IMG/VR virus record: IMGVR_UViG_3300009424_000011
Location: 1-64,000 of that record
Reading direction: 5' to 3' (one strand)
Source of the DNA: a virus
Lineage: Duplodnaviria > Caudoviricetes
DNA: 64,000 bases
In this document: positions 53,477 through 64,000 of the stretch, piece after piece
How positions within the stretch are numbered: the first letter of the stretch is position 1
How the letters are laid out: each line of letters starts with the position of its first letter
Position numbers and translations under genes: made by a program
Notes under the pieces: generated by a model
What the model was told of the DNA's origin: nothing
What the model saw: only the letters and a program-made list of their open reading frames with translations
Databases searched by the model: none

Positions 53477-56400
53477 ACTCTTGTTCCTGCGAAACTCACC
53501 GAAAGGTTAGCTAATTCACTAACATCAGATGGACTAACCACTGACAAACGGTCTCCAGCAACAAACGATGCACCCTCAGCGGCTACGAATGTTCCTGTAT
53601 TTTCTCCAAAAGCGAAGCTTACGGTTCCGATAACCGTGTCATTCTTCTTGATCTGGAAAGTCACAGGACCGATGGGTGTGATATTTGCGTAAGCGAACGA
53701 TCCTTCGAAATTGATTGGGAGCGTGAAGTCCCGTGTAGCGGTGTAGGTGAACACTTCGAAAAGACCCGGAGGAACACCTTGGAAATACGAAGAAATATCG
53801 AAGTCCAATAAGGTGGAGGTCACCACACCAATTAGAGAGACAACTGCTGAGTATCGTCCGGGGCCGGTGGCGGAAGAAGTGGCGTTGTCTTGGATTATGA
53901 CCGGTGGGTTGTTCGAAATACGACCAAAAACGCTTGAGCCATTAGCGGCGTTGACAGACGCCAATGTCGTCCAGTTTGCTGGTAAGCTGTTGTTTGAAGC
54001 TGCTCGATTGAAGGCAAAACCAAGTGCCAAATCTCGGTCAGAAGAACTATCACCATTCAAAGGAATGGTAGATGCAGCCGAACCACTTCGGAACCCAGTT
54101 ACGCTGCGAATACCGGCCACTGTGCTACCAACGATGCTGACTGCTTGGACCACGCCGTTGAACGAGCCTCCAAAAGTTACGGTCACAGACCCGGACGATA
54201 TATCAGCAGGTGTCATGATGCGTCCAAGCACAGCACCGTTTGATCCTGTTCCAATAAGGTTTGCGTATTGTGACCAACCAACAGGTGCTAAGGTTTCCCA
54301 GCCATGTCCTGTGAAAATAAGAACCAAATCACCAGCCACCGTCCCGCTCGGCCAATTGACCACAACGGAATTTGCGTTGAAAGCCTGTGCCGCGCTGGTT
54401 GCCCGGATACTAGGTGGGTTCGCCAAAGAGCTACCTACAACCCCACCGCCGGAACCACCGGTGACGTTGATCTCGACTTCACCTGCACCTGAATCGGTAA
54501 CGGTAACACCGTCGCCGGTAAAGTTCAGGCGCGAAGCCTCGGAGATGACTTCCACCCCTTCATCTTCGATCGCCACAGCGCCGCCGCCGCCGCCCCCGCC
54601 TCCACCGGGGATGTTGACTTCTACCTGACCACTACCAGCGTCAGTGACAGTTACCCCGGCACCAACGAAGTTTATGCGGGCTGCCTCAGGGACGACCTCA
54701 ACGCCTTCGTCGTCGATCCCTACAGCGCCATTACCGCCGCTGAAATAGGTCTGAGCGTAGCGGAACTGAAACCAATTAACGTAGGGAGAGTTGGAAGTGC
54801 TTCCCGCTGTCTTGGTGAATCGATAATATCTGAAAGCCGCCAAATTGGCGAACTCACGTTCAAGGTAGACAAGGCCGGCGACAGTGATAGGGGTCCAGTC
54901 CCAACCAGCATCAACGTCTACCCAGTTAACGTCATCGTTGCTCCCTTGGAAGCTCCACGTTCCCTGAGAAACACCGTTATTTTGGAAAATGCGAAACCCT
55001 TGAATGATCTTGGTATCACCCGATCCGAAATCGATCTTGACGATCTGTGATCCAGAAGAGCTTGAGAAGTAAAAATCATTCCGTGGCATCGTATCAAACG
55101 ATGCTGAGATATTTCCCCCCCCCAGTCCGGAGAAGGTGATTTCAGCGCCGGGCTCCCAGCGTTGACCATATTTCCACGGGTTCTCATCGATCGTGAACGT
55201 GCTTCCGTCCGCGATTAAGGAATCAACTGTGATCGTGTTCGCCACATCATCGTGGGTGATCAGGATGTTGCTTCCCGCCACCAGCGCGGTAGCGATGGTG
55301 TCCCGGACGAACTCAGGGTCCGAAGCGGCCGTGATCGTGATCGTATCAGCCGCGTCGTTCGGGGTAATGGTGATGTTAGCCCCGGCCACCAGAGCCGAAG
55401 CCATGGTGTCTCGGATCGTTTCCGGGTTTGTCGCCGAACTGATCGTGATCGTGTTGGCCGCATCGTTGACATCGACAGTGATGTTCGTGCCAGCCACCAG
55501 CGTAGCACCGATCGTGTCGCGCACCGCTTCGGCATCCAGACCGCCGGATGCTGCGATGGTGATCGTATCGCCTAGATCATTTACAGTGATCGTGACATTG
55601 GCACCGGCCACCAGCGCGGTCCCAATCACATCACGCACGATTTCCGGGTCGGTCGAGCCTCCCCCGCCCCCGCCAGTCGCGGTGATTGTGATGGTATTTC
55701 CCGCGTCGTTCGGTGTGATGGTGATGCCATCACCAGCCACCAAGGCGGAACCAATCGTGTCGCGAATGACTTCCTGATCCATCGCCACCGAAACGGTGAT
55801 GGTGTTCGCTGCGTCGTTGTGGACGATCGTAACGTTCGAGCCCGCGACCAGAGCGGAAGAGATCGTGTCCCGGACAACTTCCGGGTCGGTGGTCGAGTCG
55901 ATCGTAATCGTGTCGGCTGCGTCGTTCACGTTGATCGTGATATTGTTCCCAGCGGCCAGCGTAGCGCCAACCACATCGCGGACTTGCTCAGCGTCCAGAC
56001 CTCCTCCGCCCCCGCCTCCGAGCGAGTCTATCGTGATGGTTCCGGTCACGTCGTCATAGGTGATCAAGGTGTTCGAGCCGGCCACCAAGGTGTCCGCTAC
56101 GATGTCTTGAATGACCTCGGTGTCCATCGTCGCAGCAAGCGAGATAGTGTTCGCCGCGTCATTGACGCTGATCGCCATGTTGGCACCGGCCACGAGAGAC
56201 GCACCGATAGTGTCGCGAACCCCTTCGGCATCCAACGCACTAGTCGAGATCGTGATCGTATCCCCAGCATCATTGATCGACCACGACAGGTTTGTCCCGG
56301 CGCGTAGCGCCGCTCCTATCGTATCCCGAACCTGTTCGGCATCCAGACCGATCGAAGCAGCCGAGATGGTGATCGTGTTTGCCGCATCGTTGTTGACGAT

Positions 56401-58164
56401 CGTAACGTTGGTGCCGGCCACCAAAGCTGTTGCCAGCGCATCGCGGGCGTTCTCGTCGGTGTAAGTAACCGGCGGTGTAATCCATTCGATACCACTGGCA
56501 TCCGGCTTGACCGCCAGTAGCTTGTTCTCATTACCGATGATCGGCGGAATATCTTCCGCGCCCACGCCGCCTGACGACACAGTGTCGCCAAACACATCGT
56601 AGACATCGACAGCTACGCGCTTGATCCGCACGGTGCCATTTAAGGGCACAATGAGCGATCCACCGGCCGGTGCATTCACTGTTACGCCCGGTGCCGGGAC
56701 AATGCTCAAGGCGGCTCCGACCGCCACGTAGACATACCACTCACCATCCGCTGGAGTCGGATGATCGATGTTCGCTCGGATATTGAGTGTCTTGGTGCCT
56801 TCGTTGATGTAGCGCCGATACTGGAAGGTCTGAGAAGCATCGAGATTGCTGGTGGTCGTGTTGTCTGAAACGACCTCGGCGTTGATCTTCAACCACTCGC
56901 CGTCGATCCGACCATACAGCGATCCGTTCGACGGGGCTTCCTCAAGGAAGTCCAGCGGGATACCATTGATCTTGAACGTCTGGGGAACCCCAGATTCCCA
57001 AGGTGCCGGCGAGCGGTCACCTAAGCTGATCCAAGCGCTTCCGTCCCAATACTGGATCAGGAAGCGTGTGGTGCCGTATTGCGGGAAGGAGTCGATCGAA
57101 GACAGCCGAACGCGGCGCGGAGCCACAGGAGCCCCAAAGTCGTATTCGATCCAGACTTCACCGACGTAGGTGGCTTCGGTCAGCCAGCCGTCAGCCGGGT
57201 CAGTGTTGTTGTTGAATGCCCGGCTCGGTTCGTTTCCCGTCAGGAAGTTGGAAGCCGTAGCGGTCCCGGTCCCGGTGAGATCGATTCCATCCTGATCCAA
57301 GAACTCGACTTCACCGAAGCCTACCTGATCGGTCTGCTCAATGAACTCAGGGTCTCCCGGCTCCACACCCGGAGGGTTCTCAGGCCACACACCCGGCTCA
57401 AGCAGGAGGATGCGCCAGCGGCTGGCTTCTTGGAAGTTGACCGCTTCGGCGTCCGACGCTTCCACGAACTCAAGGCCAGTGGCAAGATCATTTACCCTAA
57501 CGAGCTTTCCACCTTGCCCAGCATAGCTGGCCGGTGTGTCGGATAGCTCTGTGAAAGCACCAGCAAAATCAATTTCTGACCACTCGACACCGGTGGCTCC
57601 GGAATTGACTTTCAAGAATCGGTTAGCGTTACCTGCGAGTGTCGGGAACACAGCGGCGTCCGTGAACTCCAGAGCGGTTTCGGTCTCGTTGACGGACAAA
57701 AACTTCCCAGTCTGACCGGTGAAAGTCTCAGGGGCATCAGTCAGGGACAGAAACGTAATGACGCTCGGCGGTTCAGCCGCAACGCTCATGTCGAGCCCAT
57801 CAGCGGCACTGATCAGGCGCGACTCTCCGTTCGGGATCGTGACGGTATCACCACCACCCGAAACAAAGCGAACGGTAAGGCCGTGGCCGCTAACATTCCG
57901 AACCACGATCACACGATTGTATGGGTTACCGTTGACCTCGATCGGAAAAAGCAACTCACTGGCTTCTGTTGCCCCGGCGGCTGTGAAAATGAAGTTCCGT
58001 GTTGCTTCGGGGACGCTCAGAGTAACGTTACCAGCAGCCATCGACACGGCCAACTTTGCGTTGGTCGCGTTTTCCAACGCGATGATCGCGTCGTTGATCG
58101 TGGTCTCTTTCCCGTTCTGAGAAGTCGAAACCTGCGTGATACCGAGGATGGGTGTGCTGGGCAT
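53473..58164 (-). CDS. Long tail fibre with repeats and discoidin-like domains
   Basis: 1563 aa; L.D.P..Y.GQ.GK repeats; 11 DxExVRD repeats. Confidence 0.8.
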   Translation of the reverse strand: MPSTPILGITQVSTSQNGKETTINDAIIALENATNAKLAVSMAAGNVTLSVPEATRNFIFTAAGATEASELLFPIEVNGNPYNRVIVVRNVSGHGLTVRFVSGGGDTVTIPNGESRLISAADGLDMSVAAEPPSVITFLSLTDAPETFTGQTGKFLSVNETETALEFTDAAVFPTLAGNANRFLKVNSGATGVEWSEIDFAGAFTELSDTPASYAGQGGKLVRVNDLATGLEFVEASDAEAVNFQEASRWRILLLEPGVWPENPPGVEPGDPEFIEQTDQVGFGEVEFLDQDGIDLTGTGTATASNFLTGNEPSRAFNNNTDPADGWLTEATYVGEVWIEYDFGAPVAPRRVRLSSIDSFPQYGTTRFLIQYWDGSAWISLGDRSPAPWESGVPQTFKINGIPLDFLEEAPSNGSLYGRIDGEWLKINAEVVSDNTTTSNLDASQTFQYRRYINEGTKTLNIRANIDHPTPADGEWYVYVAVGAALSIVPAPGVTVNAPAGGSLIVPLNGTVRIKRVAVDVYDVFGDTVSSGGVGAEDIPPIIGNENKLLAVKPDASGIEWITPPVTYTDENARDALATALVAGTNVTIVNNDAANTITISAASIGLDAEQVRDTIGAALRAGTNLSWSINDAGDTITISTSALDAEGVRDTIGASLVAGANMAISVNDAANTISLAATMDTEVIQDIVADTLVAGSNTLITYDDVTGTITIDSLGGGGGGGLDAEQVRDVVGATLAAGNNITINVNDAADTITIDSTTDPEVVRDTISSALVAGSNVTIVHNDAANTITVSVAMDQEVIRDTIGSALVAGDGITITPNDAGNTITITATGGGGGGSTDPEIVRDVIGTALVAGANVTITVNDLGDTITIAASGGLDAEAVRDTIGATLVAGTNITVDVNDAANTITISSATNPETIRDTMASALVAGANITITPNDAADTITITAASDPEFVRDTIATALVAGSNILITHDDVANTITVDSLIADGSTFTIDENPWKYGQRWEPGAEITFSGLGGGNISASFDTMPRNDFYFSSSSGSQIVKIDFGSGDTKIIQGFRIFQNNGVSQGTWSFQGSNDDVNWVDVDAGWDWTPITVAGLVYLEREFANLAAFRYYRFTKTAGSTSNSPYVNWFQFRYAQTYFSGGNGAVGIDDEGVEVVPEAARINFVGAGVTVTDAGSGQVEVNIPGGGGGGGGGAVAIEDEGVEVISEASRLNFTGDGVTVTDSGAGEVEINVTGGSGGGVVGSSLANPPSIRATSAAQAFNANSVVVNWPSGTVAGDLVLIFTGHGWETLAPVGWSQYANLIGTGSNGAVLGRIMTPADISSGSVTVTFGGSFNGVVQAVSIVGSTVAGIRSVTGFRSGSAASTIPLNGDSSSDRDLALGFAFNRAASNNSLPANWTTLASVNAANGSSVFGRISNNPPVIIQDNATSSATGPGRYSAVVSLIGVVTSTLLDFDISSYFQGVPPGLFEVFTYTATRDFTLPINFEGSFAYANITPIGPVTFQIKKNDTVIGTVSFAFGENTGTFVAAEGASFVAGDRLSVVSPSDVSELANLSVSFAGTRV
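55215..56465 (-). repeat. Eleven ~36-43 aa coding repeats (D.E..RD.I...LVAG.N.TI..ND...TITI)
   Basis: Counted in the translation. Confidence 0.9.
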
Positions 58165-58212
58165 TAGGGCTCTCTATGAGGCGACAGTGTATAGTCAAAA
58201 TGTCGCTGGATG

Positions 58213-61200
58213 TCAATAAAATTCGGTCTGGTTCCAGCGTCCCTCACCTACCCGCTCGAAAGCGATCCACTTGGCGATGCCATCCACCACACCTTGTTCG
58301 GTGATCCGGGCCACAAAATTTGTGGATGATCCCAGTGTCGAGAGTGGGAAGCTGATTTCCAACGGAAGGTCTTGCCCGTTGGAATCAAAGATCGGGACAT
58401 GCTCAACCAGCGTAGGTGGGAGGTTTGTATCGATCACCTCGAAGCCTCGACCCGGCCACACCTGACAGGCGATCTTGGACGTTTGCTTTGCACCTTCCTT
58501 GAAGTGGATGTTGCTAATCCCATCCTGCAACGGAGCAATAATCCGCGAACGACGTTGAACCATGATGGTGATGTCAGAACCATCGTCGTCGATCTTGATG
58601 TCTTCCGGGGTGTAAGGCATGAGATCGCGAGGCTGGAGGTCTGCCCGGACTGGGATTGCATCTGCAATAATCTGCCCAGCGGTGACAGCAACGATCTCAG
58701 TCGTAGTCACGTAGGATTCCGGCGGCCGGACAAACGAGGTAATTGCCTGTGGTTCCAGAAGCAGAAAGAGTTCGTTCGGCTTGTGACTACGCAACGCATA
58801 GTTGGTGCCGCGTCGCGCCCGACGGAGCCCGGTCAGCCACCACTCACCGTTGGGCTGCTGAACAGCGTCCCGGAACTGAATGACTTCCTCACCAACCAAG
58901 GCCGCGTTCATGTCGAAGTTGAGCATGTCTAGTTGCGTCACAGACTCAAGCTCATCGTTGGGGTTGTTCAATACTACCCGCAAGACAGTAGTTTCATCCG
59001 TCGATTCGTAAGCCGTGGTGTAGGGGAGTTCGTTGATCACCACCCCACGCGTAGTGTCGGCTCCGATGAACCCAATCCGCTGATCTTCGATACCATCGTA
59101 GACATAGATTGCTGCTCCACTGAAAGTGAAGGCATTTGTTCCAGCGGAAACGAAACATACAGATGAACCACTTGTGTCGTAATCTTCATCCCGCAATAAC
59201 GGTGTGTTAATCACGATCGGATAGGCTGGGTAACCATCTTCAATTGTTTGCTCAGGGGATTCGACCCGGCTACCTACTTTGGTCGAGACATAGGCGCTGG
59301 CTTTCTCAGTCACCCCGGACGCTTCGATCGAGAAGTCCTGCCCGATCGTAACCTCAGTCAAGCGTGTGAAATAGACAGCCTTATCGGTGGTGATCGTGAT
59401 CACGTCCGAAGGCTCATATTTCAGGTAGCGCCACGGCAAGCTGAATTGCAGTCCGACGCGGTTTGCCCACGCCATCTTGAGAAGCTTGTCAGCCGATTGC
59501 TTAGCCATATCCGGCGTCCATACCAGCGGCAAGTCAATGATGTCTTCCTTGGCCGTCCACATGGTCGGAAATGGGCCGGAATTGCGGCGAGACGACTGCG
59601 ATCCCTGTTGGTGATCACGCGAAGTATCATAGTAGTTCACCGTGACCTTGAGAGGCATTTCAAGTTCCTGAACAAGGTTCTCCTTGATCATCTCGTCGCC
59701 CGGCCGAGCAAGCCAATCTTGTGGAATGACAACTTCGGAGTCGCGTCCTCGCGTCCGGAACTTGAGCTTGTAGTCACTCTCGAACGCGTCGAACATATAA
59801 CCAGTAGCCAACTGCTTTAGAGCATCGGCTGCTGACGATTGCCGATCAATGGAAAAACCAATGATCTCCTCGTTGAACAATCCGGTGGTGTCAACATCAT
59901 CAACAGTCAGAACGTTGGACTTCGTAGCAATATCCCTGACCACATCAGAAAGTCTGACAGCTTTCGCACTGTCGTTGAACCAGATACGACGGAAATTGTA
60001 TCTGGTTGTAGTGATAATACTACCGCTAACATCATCCCAGTATTGCCGACCGCTGATATAGATAGGGCCACCCCAAGTGCTACCATAAGGAACGTCTTTT
60101 ACGATCGAACCATCCTGTAGGCTGATCTGCTGCAAGTTTACTTTAAAGTTACGGTTAAGGCTATCAGCAATGTAACCAAAAGTTCCACCATTTAAGCGGG
60201 ACCATTGCATAGGGCCACTTGGGACTATGATTTCCGGGTCGGCATTGATGAATTTATATAACCCCGTTAGCGGATTATATTTGAATGCAACAGCGATGGA
60301 TCGTGTTCCATCGTTCGAGCGACCAACAGAGAAAAAATGTCCGTCAGATGGATCGTAAAGACAAAGCGATGCAATGTAAGTTTCACCCGGTAACGGACGC
60401 AACGTCGTGTTGAAAGCAAGGCTACCACCTTGTCTCCAAAAGACATTTCCGTTATTATCAGGCGGAGCTAAGGTAAACCCTCCAATCCCACCGCTCAAGA
60501 AGTCAGCGATCTGGAGGCCGTTGTTTCCATTACGCCAGCCCCACACAGAGCCAAGGGCTGGGAACAAGTGTTGCGGAGACCAAGCTGATTCATACCAGCC
60601 CACCGGTTGCCCGCCCGGTGTGATGATCCAGTTATCGCGTGTCCACCCTGCCAGAACGATGTATCGCCCATCCAAGGTTGCGGTAGCTTGGTTACCAAAA
60701 TTAGCACCCATAGCTAAAGCACCTTGGTCCGGTCCACTCTGGACATAAAATCCAGACAGAGAGCGGGAACCAACACCTACAAGATTGATACGAGCGCCAG
60801 TGCTGAGGCTATAAATGGCTAATGGACGCGAGTTACCAGACCCGGCGTCCTCGAAGAAAATACCAGCCCAAGGCGCAAAGCCATAGCGTTTAGTCAACCA
60901 CATATCCGATCCCGACCAACTCTGCATTTGCTGCATGGTATTGAGATCAAACACCTGTGTGGTGTCATCCCCGATGATGCTGGAATAGACTTTGCCGTTT
61001 TCCCAGTCAGGAAACCAGAATCGTCCATCGGGCCGCTCTACCGGGCCGGCCGGTCCTTCTTTGACTTCGACAGAAGGAAAAGATTCGGCAGGAGCCTTAG
61101 TGACTTCCATTGTGAACTGGGGAATCCGGTTACCGAAATCCTCAAGCTGGAGTCGCTCAAACACGACATAAGCCAAGCCGCGATGAGCCGAGACGTTCCC

Positions 61201-61761
61201 AACACCCTTATCGGCTTCGATCAGGGAGTCTGGAAGCTGCTCTTCGTTACCGAGGTAGATACGCATATTGACCCGCTTCTTCTTTGTGCTTCCGGTTCGG
61301 AAGGACAGAAGAATGGGTGCGAGAATACCTGACTGACCTGCGTTGAGCGGGTTACGGGTGCCATTGCTGCTGACATCGTAAATGAGCTTGCTGTCAGCCC
61401 AGATACGAAGAACTTCCCGGATCGGGCCCTTACACAGTCCTAGGGCAAAGGAAGCATCGTAGGAGTAGGTTTCGATCTTCGGGCCACCCTTACCGGCGCG
61501 GCGTGTCTTCTTGGTTTCCTTGATCCCGGTTGTCCAGATCAAGTTCGTGCTGAGCCGAACGGTTCCGTAGATTTCAGGGATCGCAATCCCGTAGGTCGAG
61601 GAGGAAACCTTGAGATCGTTGAGGCGCGGTCCCTTGATGGTCGGACCGAACAAGGTAGCACCAATCATACCACCAAGTGCCATACCGATCGACGCGCCCA
61701 TCGGGCCGCCGATCAAGAAGCCGATGACGCCGCCGGCGATGGTGGTAACAAGTTGACCCAT
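58213..61761 (-). CDS. GTA-like tail tip/host-specificity protein, copy 2
   Basis: IPEIYGTVR..NLIW, IWADSKL, AHRGLAYVVF and LRRARRGT. Confidence 0.85.
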   Translation of the reverse strand: MGQLVTTIAGGVIGFLIGGPMGASIGMALGGMIGATLFGPTIKGPRLNDLKVSSSTYGIAIPEIYGTVRLSTNLIWTTGIKETKKTRRAGKGGPKIETYSYDASFALGLCKGPIREVLRIWADSKLIYDVSSNGTRNPLNAGQSGILAPILLSFRTGSTKKKRVNMRIYLGNEEQLPDSLIEADKGVGNVSAHRGLAYVVFERLQLEDFGNRIPQFTMEVTKAPAESFPSVEVKEGPAGPVERPDGRFWFPDWENGKVYSSIIGDDTTQVFDLNTMQQMQSWSGSDMWLTKRYGFAPWAGIFFEDAGSGNSRPLAIYSLSTGARINLVGVGSRSLSGFYVQSGPDQGALAMGANFGNQATATLDGRYIVLAGWTRDNWIITPGGQPVGWYESAWSPQHLFPALGSVWGWRNGNNGLQIADFLSGGIGGFTLAPPDNNGNVFWRQGGSLAFNTTLRPLPGETYIASLCLYDPSDGHFFSVGRSNDGTRSIAVAFKYNPLTGLYKFINADPEIIVPSGPMQWSRLNGGTFGYIADSLNRNFKVNLQQISLQDGSIVKDVPYGSTWGGPIYISGRQYWDDVSGSIITTTRYNFRRIWFNDSAKAVRLSDVVRDIATKSNVLTVDDVDTTGLFNEEIIGFSIDRQSSAADALKQLATGYMFDAFESDYKLKFRTRGRDSEVVIPQDWLARPGDEMIKENLVQELEMPLKVTVNYYDTSRDHQQGSQSSRRNSGPFPTMWTAKEDIIDLPLVWTPDMAKQSADKLLKMAWANRVGLQFSLPWRYLKYEPSDVITITTDKAVYFTRLTEVTIGQDFSIEASGVTEKASAYVSTKVGSRVESPEQTIEDGYPAYPIVINTPLLRDEDYDTSGSSVCFVSAGTNAFTFSGAAIYVYDGIEDQRIGFIGADTTRGVVINELPYTTAYESTDETTVLRVVLNNPNDELESVTQLDMLNFDMNAALVGEEVIQFRDAVQQPNGEWWLTGLRRARRGTNYALRSHKPNELFLLLEPQAITSFVRPPESYVTTTEIVAVTAGQIIADAIPVRADLQPRDLMPYTPEDIKIDDDGSDITIMVQRRSRIIAPLQDGISNIHFKEGAKQTSKIACQVWPGRGFEVIDTNLPPTLVEHVPIFDSNGQDLPLEISFPLSTLGSSTNFVARITEQGVVDGIAKWIAFERVGEGRWNQTEFY

Positions 61762-61781
61762 GGGTTTTGGCTATCTGATAA

Positions 61782-62183
61782 TTAAGGCGCAGAAACCGCG
61801 ATCATGTCCAACCCGTTGACAGCGAGAATCAAGCGGGCCTGTCCGTCCGGGATTTCCACGGCAGCACCAGCCCCGGTCTCGAAGCTTACAGTCAGAACAG
61901 CGCCGCTGGTGTTGCGGACGCAGACGACCCGGTTGAAGTTCGCAGCACCGATCGTGTTCGGGAATCGCAAAGTGCTTACTCCCGTCGCGTCGATCGCGGT
62001 GTAGATGAAGTTTCGGGTAGCTTGGGTCTGGGTCAGAACAACGTCGTTGCTGCTCGTAAAGGAAACATCCAGATTCGCATTCGTCGCATTTTCCAATGCG
62101 AGGATCGAGTCGTTGATGGTGATCTCTTTGTTGTTCTGAGAGGCCGAAACCTGCGGGATGTTGAGGAGCGGCGTGTTGGGCAT
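61782..62183 (-). CDS. Short paralog of the tail-fibre N-terminal domain
   Basis: MPNTPLLNIPQVSASQNNKEITIND versus MPSTPILGITQVSTSQNGKETTIND. Confidence 0.8.
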   Translation of the reverse strand: MPNTPLLNIPQVSASQNNKEITINDSILALENATNANLDVSFTSSNDVVLTQTQATRNFIYTAIDATGVSTLRFPNTIGAANFNRVVCVRNTSGAVLTVSFETGAGAAVEIPDGQARLILAVNGLDMIAVSAP

Positions 62184-62230
62184 CGGCTATCCTAAATGAG
62201 GAGAGTGTATAGGGAAAATGGCGGTGGTTG

Positions 62231-64000
62231 TCAATATAATTCGAGGAGGTCCCACCCGGCTGGACCATTTCGGATGGCTTGCACCCACTTGGGCGTGCCT
62301 GTCACTTCACCGATCTCTGCGAGTTGGATCAGGATCATGTCCTCGGCACCCAGAGAAGCCACAGGGAAGGTTGCTTCCACAGGGATGTCTTGACCGGCGG
62401 CGTCGAACAAATAGTTTGTCAAGGTCAGGTCTGGATCACCGACGGTGTTCACATCGGACAACCCCTTGCCGAACCAGACCTTGGTAACGATCCGGGCGCT
62501 GAGCATATCCCCTTCCTTGTAGTGAATGGTGCCCAGACCGTCTCTGAGAGGCGCTGTGACACGCGAGCGGCGTTCGGCGCTGATCACTACATCAGTGGCG
62601 TCATCGGTCACCTTGACCGCCTCAGGGGTGTAAGGCATGAGGTCTCGCGGGATCAAGTCCACCGAGATAGGCACCACGTCCGACAACGGCACTGAAACAG
62701 GGGCTGCCTTGAACAACCGAGTTGTCACATAGCTCTCAGGCGGGCGAGAGAATTTTCCCGTCGAGAGGCTGTTGACCAACAGGAAGTTCTCACCCGGCTG
62801 GTGGCCCAGCACAGCGTAGTTGGTGCCCCGACGGGCACGCAGGATGCCGGTCAGCGCCCACTCTCCGGTCGGCAGCAGTGTTGCGTCCCGAAACTGGATG
62901 ATTTCATTTCCGATCAAGGCCGAGTTGGCTTCGAAATTCAGGATGTCATCCTGAGTGACCGACTCAAGCTCCATGCTTGGATCGGACAGCCGCACCCTCA
63001 GGACCGTGGTGTCGTCGGTGGCTTCGTAGCTATTCGTATCCGGAAGAGCCTCTACGACGTATCCTGTGGTCGTCTGGCTATCGATGACACCAACGGACTG
63101 ATAGTCGCTACCGTCATCGATATACACTGCCGCCCCGTTGAAGGTGACTTCATTGGTGCCGGCCGAAAAGTAGCAGATAGAGGAGCCAGTGGTGTCGTAA
63201 TCGACATCACGCAGCAGCGGTGTATTCATGATGATCGGGAAGGCCGTCCCATCACCCTCAACGGTCTGGATAGGAGCCGGCGACTGGGCCCCGGTCGCGG
63301 TCGAGACATAAGCGGTCGCAACTTCGCTAACCGCCATCGCCTCGATCGAAAAGCTGGACCCGATGTTCGCTTCGGTCAGACGCAGATTGTAAGTCGTCTG
63401 GTTTTCCATCGTGATGGTGACGACATCGGTCGGATCATATTTCAGATAGCGCCACGGCAAGCTGAACTGATGACCGATCCGATTTGCCCACGCCATCTTG
63501 AGCAACTTGTCTGCACACTGCTTGGCCGAGTCCGCGTCCCATGTGATGGGCAGGTCGATCAAGTCTTCCTTGGCCGTCCACATGGTCGGGTAAGGGGCAA
63601 CCTTGCGCTTCGCGGTCTGGCTGTTCTGCTGGTGATCGCGAGCAATGTCGTAATAGTTGACGCTGATCCGAACCGGCATTTCAAGCTCTTGCGTGATGGT
63701 CTCTTTGATGACACCATCCTCGCCTTCCCGGACCATCCAGTCTTCCGGGATGTTGACAACCGAATCCCCGCCCCGCGAGCGGAACTTGAGCTTGTAGTCA
63801 CTTTCGTAGCCGTCAAACAGAAACGCTGTAGCCATCTGCTTCAAGGCGTCGCGAGCCGTGGTCATCCGGTCGAGAGAATAACCGACCAGAGGCGAGGCAT
63901 CCAGTTCAGTGATGTCAATGTCTTCTGGTGCCAAGACACCAGTGCGGAGACAGATGTCCTCGACAATAGCTGGAACGGTCACCTGTGACACGCTGTCACT
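62231..64000 (-). CDS. GTA-like tail tip protein, copy 1 (5' end outside the window)
   Basis: Paralog of 58213-61761 (TMWTAKED, FSLPWRYLKY, PRDLMPYTPE). Confidence 0.85.
   Translation of the reverse strand, partial: SDSVSQVTVPAIVEDICLRTGVLAPEDIDITELDASPLVGYSLDRMTTARDALKQMATAFLFDGYESDYKLKFRSRGGDSVVNIPEDWMVREGEDGVIKETITQELEMPVRISVNYYDIARDHQQNSQTAKRKVAPYPTMWTAKEDLIDLPITWDADSAKQCADKLLKMAWANRIGHQFSLPWRYLKYDPTDVVTITMENQTTYNLRLTEANIGSSFSIEAMAVSEVATAYVSTATGAQSPAPIQTVEGDGTAFPIIMNTPLLRDVDYDTTGSSICYFSAGTNEVTFNGAAVYIDDGSDYQSVGVIDSQTTTGYVVEALPDTNSYEATDDTTVLRVRLSDPSMELESVTQDDILNFEANSALIGNEIIQFRDATLLPTGEWALTGILRARRGTNYAVLGHQPGENFLLVNSLSTGKFSRPPESYVTTRLFKAAPVSVPLSDVVPISVDLIPRDLMPYTPEAVKVTDDATDVVISAERRSRVTAPLRDGLGTIHYKEGDMLSARIVTKVWFGKGLSDVNTVGDPDLTLTNYLFDAAGQDIPVEATFPVASLGAEDMILIQLAEIGEVTGTPKWVQAIRNGPAGWDLLELY

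Noticed and set aside
58213-64000. Diversity-generating retroelement behind the duplicated tail genes
   Set aside because: There is no reverse transcriptase, and differences between the copies are not adenine-specific.

Overview
This is a 64-kb segment of a large lytic-type dsDNA tailed phage of Alphaproteobacteria. The host assignment rests on a two-piece (permuted) tmRNA, GANTC-containing promoters and GTA-like tail proteins; a phiCbK/Lacusarx-like affinity is plausible but unverified. Layout: (i) 1-12.9 kb, minus strand: AEP primase, Ntn peptidase, tmRNA, about 35 tRNA genes covering all 20 amino acids, many structured non-coding RNAs, an HNH endonuclease and a tyrosine recombinase. (ii) 13-41 kb, plus strand: replication and nucleotide metabolism (SNF2 helicase, HD hydrolase, dCMP deaminase, methyltransferase, T7-type PolA, exonucleases, SSB-like protein, Dda/RecD helicase, dNMP kinase, aaRS-like core, NrdAB, glutaredoxin, XRE regulator). 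(iii) 41-64 kb, minus strand: ligase, ThyX, spanins, endolysin and tail genes. Main discovery: the tRNA array is split into three operons that partition the 20 amino acids (Pro/Met/Val/Ile/Asn/Ala; Lys/Gly/Asp/Glu/Arg/Phe; Ser/Tyr/Leu/Thr/His/Gln/Cys/Trp). Each operon starts with a sigma70 promoter and an unannotated 20-29 codon leader ORF built mostly from codons of the amino acids whose tRNAs lie downstream, followed by competing antiterminator/terminator pairings. I infer ribosome-mediated attenuation that switches on each tRNA set when those tRNAs run short. Also notable: an abutting ncRNA polycistron, a YrlA-like permuted tRNA mimic and several tRNAs with non-canonical folds. All calls were made by eye; no database search or folding computation was run.
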